DNA of 64,000 nt from the NCBI GenBank assembly GCA_965240325.2, contig OZ251236.1, positions 1,674,001 to 1,738,000 of the forward strand, in the 5' to 3' direction. Below, one piece after another: positions 1 to 11,529 of this stretch. How positions within the stretch are numbered: the first letter of the stretch is position 1; each line of letters starts with the position of its first letter. The position numbers were made by a program, and so were the translations under genes. The notes beneath the pieces were generated by a model, which was not told the DNA's origin, did no database searches, and was given only the letters and a program-made list of their open reading frames with translations. This stretch comes from Rebecca billardiae RCC1528. Lineage: Eukaryota > Protista > Haptophyta.

Positions 1-540
1 TCGCGGGCAATAAGAAGTCAGAGATCTCACGGCTAGTCTCGGTTTCTTAGCCGTTCGGTAGCCCGAGCGCCTACGGAGTCTCAGTTTCTTAGCTAGGTCC
101 GCCCGCCGCGGAGGCGCGGGGGGCGCAGGGGGGCAGAGCCCGCCCCGCTGAGTCTTTATTTAGGCCCGGCCGGCGAGGCCGAAGAAAATTTTGGGCCATT
201 TTGGAGCAAGTCTGGCATCAGCATGATGTTGCATGGATGCTGCGGTGCAGTGGCCAGGAGTCAGTCAGGAGAAGTCGGGACTTGGTTGGCCTGTACTCGT
301 AGTCGGGCCGCGCGCCGCGTCCCACGGGCACTGCGCCTCGGCTGAGTCGGCGGACCACGTCAGCCGCGACGACGAGTAGTCCCGGTTTCTTATTGTGTGA
401 CGACTATGATGCGTATACGGCGAACCATCCAATCGCTAGTCTCAGTTTCTAGGCCAGATCCGCATTGATAGCAAGCCCCAGTTTCTTAATTCTGCTTGAC
501 GTGACGACAGCTCGTCCTTAGTATTGCCCGCGATTGCCTG
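1..540. mobile_element. MITE/non-autonomous hAT-like element, left end cut by the window edge
   Basis: TCGCGGGCAATA (1-12) is the reverse complement of 522-533. Five copies of an AG(T/C)CYCRGTTTCT(TA) subterminal motif lie at 35, 77, 378, 438 and 474. The right end reads CAGGCAATCGCGGGCAATA on the minus strand. Confidence 0.6.
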
Positions 541-1228
541 TCGTATAGTCACACGGACGAAGTCTCATGCAGCCGATCAGCAGTTGATGACTCTGCGAGA
601 CGGGCGGACGGCGGTACGGTCCGAGCCAGCACGCACCGTGTGAGTGACGATGCCGCATACTGCTGTCGATCTGCTAGCTTATTAGATGATGCCAGTGACA
701 ATAATGATTACGTACGTCATCGTCAATGATCAATGACTGATGGCGGTCGTCACCGAAGGCCTCGTCGAAGTCGAAGACACCGCCAGTCGCGTCTGATGAA
801 TAAGTGGCGGCGGCGAAGGGCGGCGCTGGACCGCGTACGGTAACGGTGACGGTGTGATAAGTGCAGACGACAATTCCGGCCGCCAGGATCACTGAGGAGC
901 GGCACGCGTGCTGCTTATGAGCCGATCATCACCCGCGCCGCGATGTCGATGACGATTCGGACGTCTGAGACTCTCAGGATGCAGCGAATGCGGATTCGAT
1001 GACGACGCGAATGTCGTCCGACAATGTCGTCAGCGTCGTCGTCGCGTCTCAGCGCGCGCGCGCAATGATGACAGATGAATGGATGGCCATTGCCAGGTCG
1101 TGCGTCATTACGCGTGCGCGCCGTTGCCGAGCGGTCAGAGAGGGCGGTGGCAGGTGCCGACTGTGCGTCGTGCTCAGCGTGCACCGTGCACGGCGATGCC
1201 CGCGCGGTGGCCGGGCGCTCCGAGTCGC

Positions 1229-2358
1229 TCACGCGCCCGGCGTGCCCGCCGCCTCGGCCGCGCCGTGCGCGTGCACGGCGGAGGGAGAGCGCAGCAGCGA
1301 GAGCGCGCCGAGCACGGAGGAGGGCGGCGCCGGGCGCGTGCCGATCCAGTGCAGCATGTTGGTGCGCGAGTTGCCGTTGTCGAAGAACTTGAGCTGGCCG
1401 AGCTCGCTCAGCGCGCGCGTCGGGTTGAGGATGGCGTGCGCCGCGACCGCAAACCCGGCCCACGCGTCCTGCATCTGCCCCGCGCGCGCTGAGAGCTGCG
1501 CGTACTCCTCGGCCACGTACGCGGCGGGGAGCAGCGCCTCGGTGAAGGGCGTGATGGGCATGATGTTGATGCCGTGCACGTACTCGAGCTCCGCGCCGAA
1601 CCACGTGCCCACGACCACGTCCGTCGCGCCGACCACGCCGACCATGCGCTGGCTCGCGACAAACGCCGGGTCGTAGACGGCGGAGGCGGAGGGCACGTGC
1701 CAGTACCACTGCGCGGCGCGCACCTCGGTCGCGAGGAGCAGCCGCGCCCACGCGCCGAGCTGCGCGTCGCCCATCGCGTCCGCGGCGAGCATCGCGCCGT
1801 AGTACCCGTTCACCGCCTCGGAGGACGACTCCTGCGACTTGCCGTCCGCCATCGGGAAGAGCCCCGACGCCCACGAGTGGCCGTCGTACAGGTCCTTGCA
1901 GCGCGCGACCGGGAACCGAGCGCGGGCCTTGGCGCCGCCGCCGTCGGCGCTCGGCGGGTTGGCGATGTCGCGGATGATGTCGCCGATGGCGGCCTTGTGC
2001 CGCGCGCAGAAGGAGGCGTCGTTGCGGCACGCCACCGCCGCGGCGTACAGCAGGTACCCGTACTGGAAGTGGTGGTCGTTGTACCGCCCGTTCCCGAAGT
2101 CCGCGCCCGCGTCGTGCAGCCCCACGTTGGACAGCAGCCCGCCATACGTCGTGTCGTACACGAGGGCGCCGGAGCCGGGCGGCGCGTTCGGCCATGGGGC
2201 GGGGTTCTCGCCGAGCAGCCAGGGCTCGAGGGCGAGCACGAGGGCGGAGGTGGCGGTGCGCAGCAGGTGCGTCTCGCCCAGCTCCTCGGCGATCAGGATC
2301 AGCCGCGCCAGCCGGCCCGCCTGCTTGCCAAAGCCGTACGGGTCCTGCTCACGGCACA

Positions 2359-2412
<54 letters not shown>

Positions 2413-4162
2413 GGAGGCGCGGGGGAGGCGCGGTGAGCACGGGGCAGGGGCGGCGCGGCAGCTGAGCGCGCGAGCGCGCGCGCGCGCGCGTCTCGCGCAC
2501 CTTCGCGTCCGGCACGAGCACGAGCGGGTCGGCGAGGTCGAGCTGCAGCGCGGAGCGCACGCTCGGCTCGAGCGCGGCATCGAGCTTGCGAGGCGCAAAC
2601 CACGAGATGTTGGCGTACTGCTCGCGCACCGACCAGGAGCGGCCGCGGATCGGGGTGAGCGTGCCCTTGATCGAGTCGAACTTGGGGCCGTCGCGCATCA
2701 CCGTGCCCGCGTCCAGCGCCGCGACGTGGTGCGGCAGCGCGAGCGTCACCAGGTCGTCCGCGCTCGAGCCGTCCGCGCGCACCTTCCACTCGTAGGCGAG
2801 CGTCGCGCCGCTGCCGTCCTCGTCCTCGTCGATGCGCACGGCGCCGTCGATGGCGTACGGGCCCGAGGCGAGGGCGGCGAGGGCGAGGGCGGAGTCGCGG
2901 TCGTGCGCGAAGGCGAGGCGCATCGCGCCCTCGTACCCCTCCGCCAGCTGCAGCTGCGCGGGCACGCCCTGCCAGCTCAGCACCACCTTGGACTCGAACG
3001 CGAGCAGCCAGGTCGCCCCCGTCTGCAGCTTGAGCTCAAACAGCCGCGCGGCGCGGAGGGTGCCGCCGCCGCCCTCGCGCTCGGGCGGCGGCTTGGGGGG
3101 CTCCTCGACGGGCGGCGCGGGCGGCGGGTTGCAGCACTCCAGCATGATGTGGTTCACCGTGAGCGGGCAGCACAGCCCGTCGGCGACGGACGCCTCGAGC
3201 ACCGCGCACTCGGTGTGTGCGGAGCACAAAGGGTCGACCGCCGCGATCGCCGCCGGCGCGGCGGCGGTCGCGCCGTGCGCGTGCGCGTCGTGGGCGCCCT
3301 TGTGCCCGGCGTGGCCGTGCTTCTCGCCAGCGCCCTCCTCGCCCTCGCCCGACGCGCCCTTCCCGTCGCCGCCGTGCGCGCCCCCGACCGCGCGCACGGA
3401 GGTGATGGCGAAGTCGGAGCTGAGGTGCGGCGTCGCCCCGCTCCACTCAGTCACCACCCACGGCGCGCCGCGCGCGAGCCGCGCGACGAAGCGCTCCGAG
3501 GGCGCGGACGAGCCGGTGAAGGCGACGCCGAGCGTGAGCACGCTGCTCGACACCACGCTGTGCGAGTACGACTGCTCCACCGCGCCGCCAGCCATGCCCT
3601 CCGACGCGGCGCCCCCCCACTCGGCAGAGGCGGTGCCCGCCGTGCCGATCACCAGGTCGGCGCCAAAGTAGTCGCCCTCGAACTGCGGGGTGACGCTGCG
3701 CCGCGTCGGGCCGTACGACACCTCCATCCCCCGCCCGTCCCGCGCGCGCACGGCGTACGGCAGCGGCACCACCGGCATCCCGCCCGGCTTGGTCATGTCG
3801 TCGGACACGACCAGGTTGGTCCACCACGCGTTGGTCGGGTACGGGAAGGAGACGTTGCCCCACTCGGCGGAGGGCTGGAGCGGGTGGCTCGCCTCCGCGA
3901 AGGGGGACGCGTCCGCGCCGGCGCTGCGCAGCCGCGAGCCGAAGGGACTCGCCCAGCGCGCATCCGATGCTGCCAGGCCGATCGCGAGGAGCGCGGCGAC
4001 GCCGAGCGCGCTCACCGCGAGCCCCGCGCGCACGAGCGCGGCGTGTGCGCGAAAACGGCGCGGGGGAGCGCCGTCATGGTTGGGTGCAGCCTCGTCTGCC
4101 ACGAGTGGCTTGCGCAGCGCGTCCGCGGCGCCCGTGCCCCCGGGCCCATGCCGGCCGAGCAT
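1229..4162 (-). CDS. Glycoside hydrolase family 81 endo-1,3(4)-beta-glucanase, type II membrane-anchored; one intron 2345-2500
   Basis: GH81 motifs PYPTNAWW, DPYGFGK, DFGNGRYNDHHFQYGY, GHSWASG, QESSSEA and HGINIMP are present. ATG is at 4162 and a hydrophobic segment follows. The 156-nt intron AAG|GTGCGC...GAGCAG|GAC removes an Arg/Ala-rich insert. Confidence 0.92.
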
Positions 4163-4483
4163 CGTGGGCGTGGGAGTGGGGGCGGAAGAGGCGGCCGACG
4201 ACCGATCCTGATCCTTCGGGTGAGGCAGCCGGCAGCGAAGATGATTGCCGCGCGCCCACCACGATTCTTCAAGTTCAGCATCTCCCGCTTGGCGGCGGAC
4301 GCCACGGTTTGCGCCGGCTCGGCAGTCGGCGGCTCGGCGCGTCGTCGTCTTCGCTGCGATCGAGCGCTCGGAGTCCACGATGGTGGCCGCCGCCAACTGA
4401 AGGCTTGGCCGCAAGACCTGCCTTCGTCGGGACGGACGACCGCACGCCGCCCCAGCGCCCACCTCCCCGCACCCGCACCCGCC

Positions 4484-5464
4484 ATGCAAGTGCCCCCGCT
4501 GCACACCGTGCCCTCGTGGTCGCAGTTCAACGCGTCGCGCGTGTACCTCATCACGGGCGCCGCCTCGGGCCTCGGGCTCGCGACTGCGCGCCAGCTCGTG
4601 CACGAGGGCCACGAGGTGGTCGGCGTGGACGTGCAGAGCGCCGCGCTCGACACGGCGTGCGCCGAGCTCGGCCAGCTCTTCAAGCCCATCCTCTGCGACG
4701 TCACCAGCCCGCAGAGCGTCGCCGAGGCGGCGGCCTCACTCGAGGAGCTGCAGCCTGACGGCGTGGACGCCGTGCTGCACTTTGCGGCACTCGACTCGAC
4801 GGGGCCGACGCTCGAGCTGGGCGAGGACTCGTTCGCGCGCGCGATCGACGTCAACGTGACGGGCGTGTGGCGCGCGCAGCGCGCCTTCTTCCCCGCGCTC
4901 AAGAAGCGGCGCGGGCTGACCGTGCTGATCTCGTCCGAGGTCGCATTCGCGCGGCTCGCGCACGCGTTTGCGGGCGCGTACTCGCCGTCCAAGGCGGCGC
5001 TGGACGCGCTGGCGCACGGGCTGCGGCAGGAGCTGGCGTGCCTGGAGCCGCCGATGCGCGTGTCGCTCGTGCACCTCGGCGTCTCCGCCACGCGCCTCCT
5101 CGAGCGCGCCTCCGCCGCCTTCTCGCGGCACGCGGAGCGCTGCCCTCGCTCCGAGTACGTGGCCGCGCTGCCTGCGTGCGACGCGTTCGCGCGCTGGTAC
5201 ACGGCGGCGTCGGCGCGTCGGCGCGAGAACCAGCCCGAGGTGGTGGCGCGGCGGATCCACGCGATCCTCGCGAGCCGCGCCCCGCGCGGGCGCTACTCGA
5301 TCAACGTGAGCTGGCTGATGTGGCTGGCCTCGCGCACGCCGCAGTGGGTGCTGGACGCGCTCGTGGTCGGCGCACTGCGCGCCCGGCTGCACGGGGGCGC
5401 GGCGGCGCACGGCGCGCGCGAGCTCGCGTCGTCCATCATCACCGCGCTCGTGTACCTCTTCTGA
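4484..5464 (+). CDS. Short-chain dehydrogenase/reductase (SDR)
   Basis: TGAASGLG cofactor motif, CDVT, the catalytic Ser (ISS) and YSPSK (YxxxK) are present. ATG is at 4484, divergent from GH81. Confidence 0.9.
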   Translation: MQVPPLHTVPSWSQFNASRVYLITGAASGLGLATARQLVHEGHEVVGVDVQSAALDTACAELGQLFKPILCDVTSPQSVAEAAASLEELQPDGVDAVLHFAALDSTGPTLELGEDSFARAIDVNVTGVWRAQRAFFPALKKRRGLTVLISSEVAFARLAHAFAGAYSPSKAALDALAHGLRQELACLEPPMRVSLVHLGVSATRLLERASAAFSRHAERCPRSEYVAALPACDAFARWYTAASARRRENQPEVVARRIHAILASRAPRGRYSINVSWLMWLASRTPQWVLDALVVGALRARLHGGAAAHGARELASSIITALVYLF

Positions 5465-6164
5465 GACGATGGCGGCTGCAGGCTGGGCGTGCGCTGCCGC
5501 GCTGCCAACGGCGGACGCCGCCTCTCCACCCGCCGGTGAGGCCGCCGCCCGAGAGCCTGAGCCTGAGGGTGCCAGTGCCACGCCTCCGCCAGTGCCCGCT
5601 GCCGTTGGCCGTTGGCGTAGCCAGTGGGAGTGGCGGTGCGAGTGGCGACCTGGCATTGCCGTGGCGCGCGCGCACGTGCAGCTCGGCGGTCGCGGGACCG
5701 TCGTCATCTGGGTTCATCCATGGGCGCTGCCGCGCCCGGTCCGCTGCCGGTAAGGCCGTATACCACGGCCCATTCTGCTGGCGGCTCTGTCGGAGCTCAC
5801 CCCGCTGAGGCTCACCATTGCCGATGGCGAGCGTCGCGCAGCGGTGGGAGCGAAGCGAGCTGGGCGCGATGCTCGCTCAGCCAGGCAGCGTGCTCGGTGC
5901 TCGGGAAATGAGTCGTACATTCGTTTCGTCTCAGTCTGACGAAATCAGCGGTCAGCCGACGACAATCGTTAATGTGATGACTGTTCGGTGTTGAATCAAC
6001 CCTTGAATCAATAGATAGTTGATGATCATTTCACTTTGTTCCGCCGCCCATCGTCACTTCCCCCCCCCCACGAGCCGAAGTCGCTAGTTGCCGCGACGCC
6101 GTCACGACGACACGGGTGAAAGGGCCGACCGGCCGCGATCTTGACCCGAAGCGCGGCAGCGCAC

Positions 6165-7121
6165 ATGCGGGACCCGACGGCGGCTCGGCGCGAGCTCGCG
6201 CGGTTCGCCCTTGCCCTCGCCCTCGCGCCCGCGCTCGAGAAGCCCGCGCACGCCGCCAAGGGCGCGGCCGAGCTCGATCTCGGCTTCTATCTCAAGTCAC
6301 TGGCGCGCGGCAGCGGCGCTGCGCAGGATGACGCGCTCGCGGCGCGGCTGCCGCTCCTCTCGGAGTCGGCGAAGGGCCCGCCGGACGCGGAGGCGGTGGA
6401 GGCGGTGTCGCATGGCGCGCGCGTGGCGCTCTCCCGCGCGAGCGGCCTCGCGCTCGACAAGCTCGACGCGCGCGCGGCGGACGTGATCGCGCGGCTGCGC
6501 CCGAGCGACGTGGGCGTGCAGCCGGGCACGCGTACGTTTGCGTACGCGCGAGAGCTCTCGGCCACGAGCACGCTCGCCGCGGAGCTTCTTCCCGGTGCAA
6601 ACGAGCGCGACGCCTTCGCTCGAGCGTTCGGGCTTGCCTGCGTGGAGGGCATCGAGCAGAGCGCCGCCGCACGGCACGCGCCGCGCGCAGCAGGCAGCTC
6701 GCTCCCAGCCGCGGTGCGCGCTGTGGACGAGTACCTGGGCGCACTCGCGCGCGCGCGACTGCTCGACTCGTGGCGCTGGCTCGCCGACGGCGCGCTCACG
6801 CCAGTCGACGCCGATGACCTCGCCGAGCTCGGCGCGGCGGCCGCCGCGTGCGAGCGCTGGGCGGTGGCCCTTGAGCTGCGCGGCTCGCCCACGCTCGCGT
6901 CTGCGTCGCGGCTGTCGACGGCACTGCCGCCCACCCTGCTCCCCGAGCCGGCGGTGGCGGGTGCGGTGCAGGCTGCGCGTGCCGCGGCGTGCGGCACGGG
7001 CGCTGGGCAGGCGACGAGCGTGGGATGGGACCTCTTCTTCGTGCAGGACTACGCGGAGGAGACGGTCACGGACGTGCGCGCGCTCTCCGTGATCGTGCAG
7101 CTCGCGTTTGGCGGCCGCTGA
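6165..7121 (+). CDS. Hypothetical protein with a twin-arginine/AxA leader (possible thylakoid lumen protein)
   Basis: GC3-rich open frame. The N-terminus RRELARFALALALAPALEKPAHA|AKGAAELDLGFYLK resembles a Tat signal with an AxA cleavage site. Confidence 0.6.
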   Translation: MRDPTAARRELARFALALALAPALEKPAHAAKGAAELDLGFYLKSLARGSGAAQDDALAARLPLLSESAKGPPDAEAVEAVSHGARVALSRASGLALDKLDARAADVIARLRPSDVGVQPGTRTFAYARELSATSTLAAELLPGANERDAFARAFGLACVEGIEQSAAARHAPRAAGSSLPAAVRAVDEYLGALARARLLDSWRWLADGALTPVDADDLAELGAAAAACERWAVALELRGSPTLASASRLSTALPPTLLPEPAVAGAVQAARAAACGTGAGQATSVGWDLFFVQDYAEETVTDVRALSVIVQLAFGGR

Positions 7122-8490
7122 CGGCCGATGCCAAACGAGCGTTTGAACAACATGCCACGAAGCAGATTTGGAATGGTGCTCAAACCGCTGCGGAGGTGAT
7201 CGTCAGGCTGCGGCGTGAGGCTGGGAGGGGTATCATAACGTAATGGATGACGGTCGTCACCCGTGCGCCGGTCGGTAGGCTGCTACTCAGCGCCAGTAGG
7301 CTCGTACGCTGCACCTCGAGCTCAAGTGACACTGACAATCCTTATCCCGGAGACCCGGACCCGCTCACCCGGTGCCGGTGGGCTCCGCGCGAGTGACACT
7401 GAGCACGAGGAGGGTGTACTTGCGAGGGGTACGCGCGTCGCGCCTGCGATCGACGCCAAGACAAGCGAAGAAGCGATACCACCACTCCCGCGAAGCGCCT
7501 GCCTGACTTGCACTCGGTGTACACACCGCGTGCGGCGTGCCGCAAGGACGGAGGCCCGACCGCCGTGCCTCAGCGTGTCCCGCGCGGCTGGCTGGTGGGC
7601 ACTTTCAGCGTGATTGGTCATGCGAACGCGCGCAGAGCAACGTGCTCAGTATGTACACTGTCTACAATCATCTTTGTCGGTCGCCCACGTGCTTGAAGCG
7701 GCTGCAAGGAGTGCAGCCGGGTGTCGCGGGCCAGTCGAGCGCCCAGCCAGCACGACGGCAGCTCGGCGCCGCCGCGCGTTGCCATCGTGGAGGCGGTGAA
7801 GCTGGAGGTACTAGGCTGGCGGCTGTCTGAGGGTAGCTAGACCATGCCTGGGCACTCTCAAGCCGTGTTCAACGCCCAGGCGCGCGTGGGTGGGCCGCAA
7901 AGCGCGCGCAGCGGCCGCCGTCAAATCTGCTTCCATACGAAGCAGATTGAACTGCGGTAAGGGGATAATGTATCATACAATCCGGCGCATATCTCGCCTT
8001 TGAACCACACCCATAAAGTACTTGGCACCGTACTTAGGTTGGGCTGATGACTAATGGGTCGTTACTGACCTGCTTGGGTGTTTAAAGCCGATACCCGATT
8101 TCGTCGCGTTCGCACGCCGCTCATTGGCCAGCACCTGCAGGTTTGAGTGTGTTTAACGGTAGTTGACCTTGAAAGTGATCAAGCACTCCATCTCCCTCGT
8201 TCCCGGGTTCGGAAAAGCGCGCCAATCGGCGTTCGCCATCTCCTCTTGAGCTCAAGTTCCGTCGTGGTGGTTCGGTGTGTGTGCAGGCCCGTGACTGGCG
8301 CCCCTTTTCTCGAATGGCCGCAACTACTAATGACAGCTAAATGGGCGCGGACGCGCGGTGATGCCTCTTCGCGACCCCCACCCGCTTCAAGATTGCGTCC
8401 TCTCAACCGGCAAGCACCTCACGCCCCGTCGTGATCGCGAATCGGCGTCTCCGGCCGCGCCGCGTACTTCTCGCAGCACATCCCACGACG

Positions 8491-9099
8491 ATGCGTCGCA
8501 CGGCCTCCTTCGCGCACGTGGAGTCCGAACTCCCATTGTCCCCGGCCCGCGCCGCCACGCCGTCGCCGCCGCTCCGCTCCTCCCCCGGCCCGAGCCTCAC
8601 CATGAAGCGCGCCGTGTCCTTCACGACGCTTGCCGACCTGCCGCAGCTGCCGCCGGCGATGATGTCGCCAAGAGAGCACCTGGTGATCAAGCTGGCCTCG
8701 CGGAAGGCCTGCGATGTACCACCCACAGCACCGCGGCTCAGGCCCACCGGCTGCGCCGCCGACCTCGCCGACCTCGAGCCGCTCTCGCTCGAGCCGATGC
8801 TGCTCGCGCCGTCCTACATGCTGCAGCCCACGCCGGAGCTGCGGCCGTTGCCCTCGCCGATGGACGAGATCGAGGCGCTCGTGTTGCCCGCCGCCGTTCT
8901 CGCCTCGCACCCGGCGTGCAGGCCCGCGCGCTGCAGCTACAGCCCGCTCACGCCGCGGCGCGGTCTGCGCCCCTCGCCGGCGGCTGCGGCCTCGCTCATG
9001 CACCACCCGGGCATCCGCGAGCAGCCGTGCGCTCCGGGGCCGTTGCTCGACCAGATGCGTATGGACGCCGCCATGGCGCCGACCATCGCCGCGCTCTGA
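8491..9099 (+). CDS. Hypothetical Pro/Ser-rich disordered protein
   Basis: ATG-initiated frame with the host codon bias and RRTASF/KRAVSF motifs; no recognisable domain. Confidence 0.55.
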   Translation: MRRTASFAHVESELPLSPARAATPSPPLRSSPGPSLTMKRAVSFTTLADLPQLPPAMMSPREHLVIKLASRKACDVPPTAPRLRPTGCAADLADLEPLSLEPMLLAPSYMLQPTPELRPLPSPMDEIEALVLPAAVLASHPACRPARCSYSPLTPRRGLRPSPAAAASLMHHPGIREQPCAPGPLLDQMRMDAAMAPTIAAL

Positions 9100-9828
9100 G
9101 CGCGGTGCCGACTGCATGGCCCATGCCCTCCACGCATGCCGTCGCATCCACGCCCCGCAGCTGCTGCCTCAACAGCGGCCTCAGGCCTCCGCCGCGAGCT
9201 CCCCTGTAGATAGCATCCCATGCAGCTCGCGGCTCTCCCCCACGCCGTCGCCACATCGCATGCGCAGCCATGCCACGATGTGCTCGGAGCGGCCGTGCGT
9301 CGGTTAGACCGGCGCCACGAGCCACTCCCAGCCCCAGGATTCTGCCCGAGTCTGGCTCAGACCGCACGTCGCGGACTTCGGCGCCGACCGTTTCGCGAGG
9401 ACGCGAGCCCACGGCCACAGCGTCGGGCCAGCGATTTGTCGGACCGCAGTGTCACTCTCTTTCACGTCGACCGGAGTGACGATATTCTGCGTGGTGCCTC
9501 AGCATAATGCTGCCACACTATTTAGAGCGCGCATGCGCGCATTGCACAACTCGGTAACAGAGTCGGTGACATGCCGCCGTGAGGCTCAGCCCGTGAGGCC
9601 TGAGGCTGAGCCTCTCCCGCCTCGGAGCCCGGTTGCCCCCCGCGTTCCGCGACTCTTAGCAGTCCGTCGGTCCGCCGACTCCGCCGGCCCGCCGGGGGTT
9701 CGTACTCTTGGCAGCAGCAATAAGAGACAAGGCTACTCTCTTATTCGTTCGATCCGCGATGATGATTTCCAACGGCTCGCGGTCACGGAGCAGGTGCGTG
9801 CCGCCACCACGCGCTCGTAGTCCGACGC

Positions 9829-11487
9829 TCAGCCCGAGGGCGCGCGCACTCTGACCGCGCGCGCGTACGTGCGCAGCACGGCCGCCTGCAGCGCGCACTC
9901 TGTCTCCGGCCGCAGGAAGGCGCGCACGTACGCGCTTCCGGCGCGCGCGATCGCCTCGGCGCGCTCGGGGTGCGCGCGGCACCACGCCAGCCGCTCCTCC
10001 AGGTCGGCAAAGTCGGGGCGCACCTCGACGTAGTGCTCGCCCGGCTGCAGCGCGTCCTCCATGAACCACGTCGCGCTGCTCGGCCGCGGCATCAGCACGG
10101 TCGAGGCGGAGTAGAGCGCCCACTTGAGGTTGGACGCGACGTCGTTCCCCTCGACAGAGAGCAGGTACCGGCTGCGCAGCATCTCGCCGACCGAGAGCGG
10201 GGCGCGCAGCCCGGCGCGCAGCTCGCGCACGAACGCCTCCCCGTGCGCCACGCGCGCGTGCGCCACCTTGGCGGCCGGCAGCTCGCTCCAGCCCACGTCG
10301 ATGCCGAGCGCGCGCAGCCGCGCCGCGCCGCCGCGCGCCTCGGGCGCGCCCGGCCCGTACTCGCCGACGAGCCGCGAGCGGTTGGCCTTGGCGGCGGGGA
10401 CGGAGCGGTTGGAGAAGAGCGCGCCCGTGGGCACGCCGCGCCACACCAGCCGGTCCGCCTTCGCGCCCCACGGCACGTCGAGCTCGTCCACCTTCCACAG
10501 CTGCCCGAAGTGGCGCTCCCGGTTGAGAGGCAACAGCACGTTGGTGGAGGGGGAAGCGCCCTCGAGCGCGGCCGCGCGCGCGCGCGCGGCCGAGGGCGCG
10601 TGCGCCGCGCGCGCGATCGGGCGCGACTTGACGAGCGCGGGCGCCCGCTGCGCCGCGTCCACGTCGCCGTAGCAGAACAGGAACCTCGGCTCCTCCCCCG
10701 CGCCGCGCGCTGCGTGGTGCGCAGGCAGCGCGTGCGCCACCATCTGCGCCAGCTGCGTCTCGTACAGCCGGTGCAGCCCGGCCTGGCCCAGCCCGGGGAG
10801 GTCGGAGGCGGGGCAGAGCGGCTCGGGCCAGCGCCCGTCGGGCCCGCGCGCGCGCAGCAGCTCCGCGGGGCCCGCCACCCCGCCGCCCCCCTCGCCGTCC
10901 TCCTCCCCGCGCGCCGTCTGCTCGTACTGGCAGCGGCCGAGGTAGGCGGCAGTGGCCTCGCAGCGCGAGGGCGCAAAGAAGGCGGCGGCGGGGGGCGTGT
11001 GCACGGCGGCGGCGGCGGAGGCGTCCGCGTGCGCGCCGAGCACGCCGAGGTAGTACCGCAGCCGCTCCTGCTCCTCCGCCGAGAACGCCTCCGCGTCGAG
11101 CCGCGCCGGCGCTGGGTGCGCCGCGCACGGCGGCGCCGCGGGCACGCACCGCTCCTGCGTGAGCATCCCCAGCGCCGCGTCCCAGCGCACGTCGAGCCGC
11201 CAGGGCTTGCGCGACTCGCGGTGGAAGCGGCGCACCCACGCGGCGCACGTCTCGCCGCCCGCGTCGGGCTGGCGCGTGGGCGCGAGCCGCTTGCACCCGT
11301 CCGCCCACTCGACGGCGCCGAGCGCGCTCGTGTCCGCCGCGCTGATCGCAAACTCGCAGCCGCGCGGCGGGGCGAGGTGCGGGCGGGTGTAGAGGCGGGC
11401 GGCGGCGCCGAGCGTAGCGAGTACGACCGCGCACACGACGGCGTCGCGCACGCTGCACGCCCGCCGCCGCTTCCGCACACGGGCCAT
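9829..11487 (-). CDS. Glycosyltransferase family 90 (CAP10/KDELC-like), type II membrane protein
   Basis: Motifs LVWRG, YLLSVEGNDVASNLKWAL, WFMEDALQPGEHYVEVRPDFADLEE and AEAIA; basic N-terminus followed by a TM anchor. Confidence 0.9.
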   Translation of the reverse strand: MARVRKRRRACSVRDAVVCAVVLATLGAAARLYTRPHLAPPRGCEFAISAADTSALGAVEWADGCKRLAPTRQPDAGGETCAAWVRRFHRESRKPWRLDVRWDAALGMLTQERCVPAAPPCAAHPAPARLDAEAFSAEEQERLRYYLGVLGAHADASAAAAVHTPPAAAFFAPSRCEATAAYLGRCQYEQTARGEEDGEGGGGVAGPAELLRARGPDGRWPEPLCPASDLPGLGQAGLHRLYETQLAQMVAHALPAHHAARGAGEEPRFLFCYGDVDAAQRAPALVKSRPIARAAHAPSAARARAAALEGASPSTNVLLPLNRERHFGQLWKVDELDVPWGAKADRLVWRGVPTGALFSNRSVPAAKANRSRLVGEYGPGAPEARGGAARLRALGIDVGWSELPAAKVAHARVAHGEAFVRELRAGLRAPLSVGEMLRSRYLLSVEGNDVASNLKWALYSASTVLMPRPSSATWFMEDALQPGEHYVEVRPDFADLEERLAWCRAHPERAEAIARAGSAYVRAFLRPETECALQAAVLRTYARAVRVRAPSG

Positions 11488-11529
11488 GATCAAGCTCACT
11501 CGGCCGGAAGTGACGATGTCGACGCCGCC

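Noticed and set aside
35-489. Spaced short repeats resembling a CRISPR array
   Set aside because: Spacing is irregular, units are short and degenerate, the context is eukaryotic and there are no cas genes; TE subterminal repeats explain them better.
674-892. 72-aa ORF
   Set aside because: Non-ATG start, atypical codon usage, and it lies in GAT/GAC-rich intergenic sequence.
1574-4483. Long N-terminal extension of the SDR ORF (1296 aa), and the matching extension of GH81 to 4612
   Set aside because: Each is antisense to the other gene, open only because stops are rare at this GC content.
9581-9614. 11-bp stem hairpin, and a similar one at 7921-7950, as Helitron ends or terminators
   Set aside because: There is no nearby CTRR end or other supporting structure, and isolated hairpins are common here.
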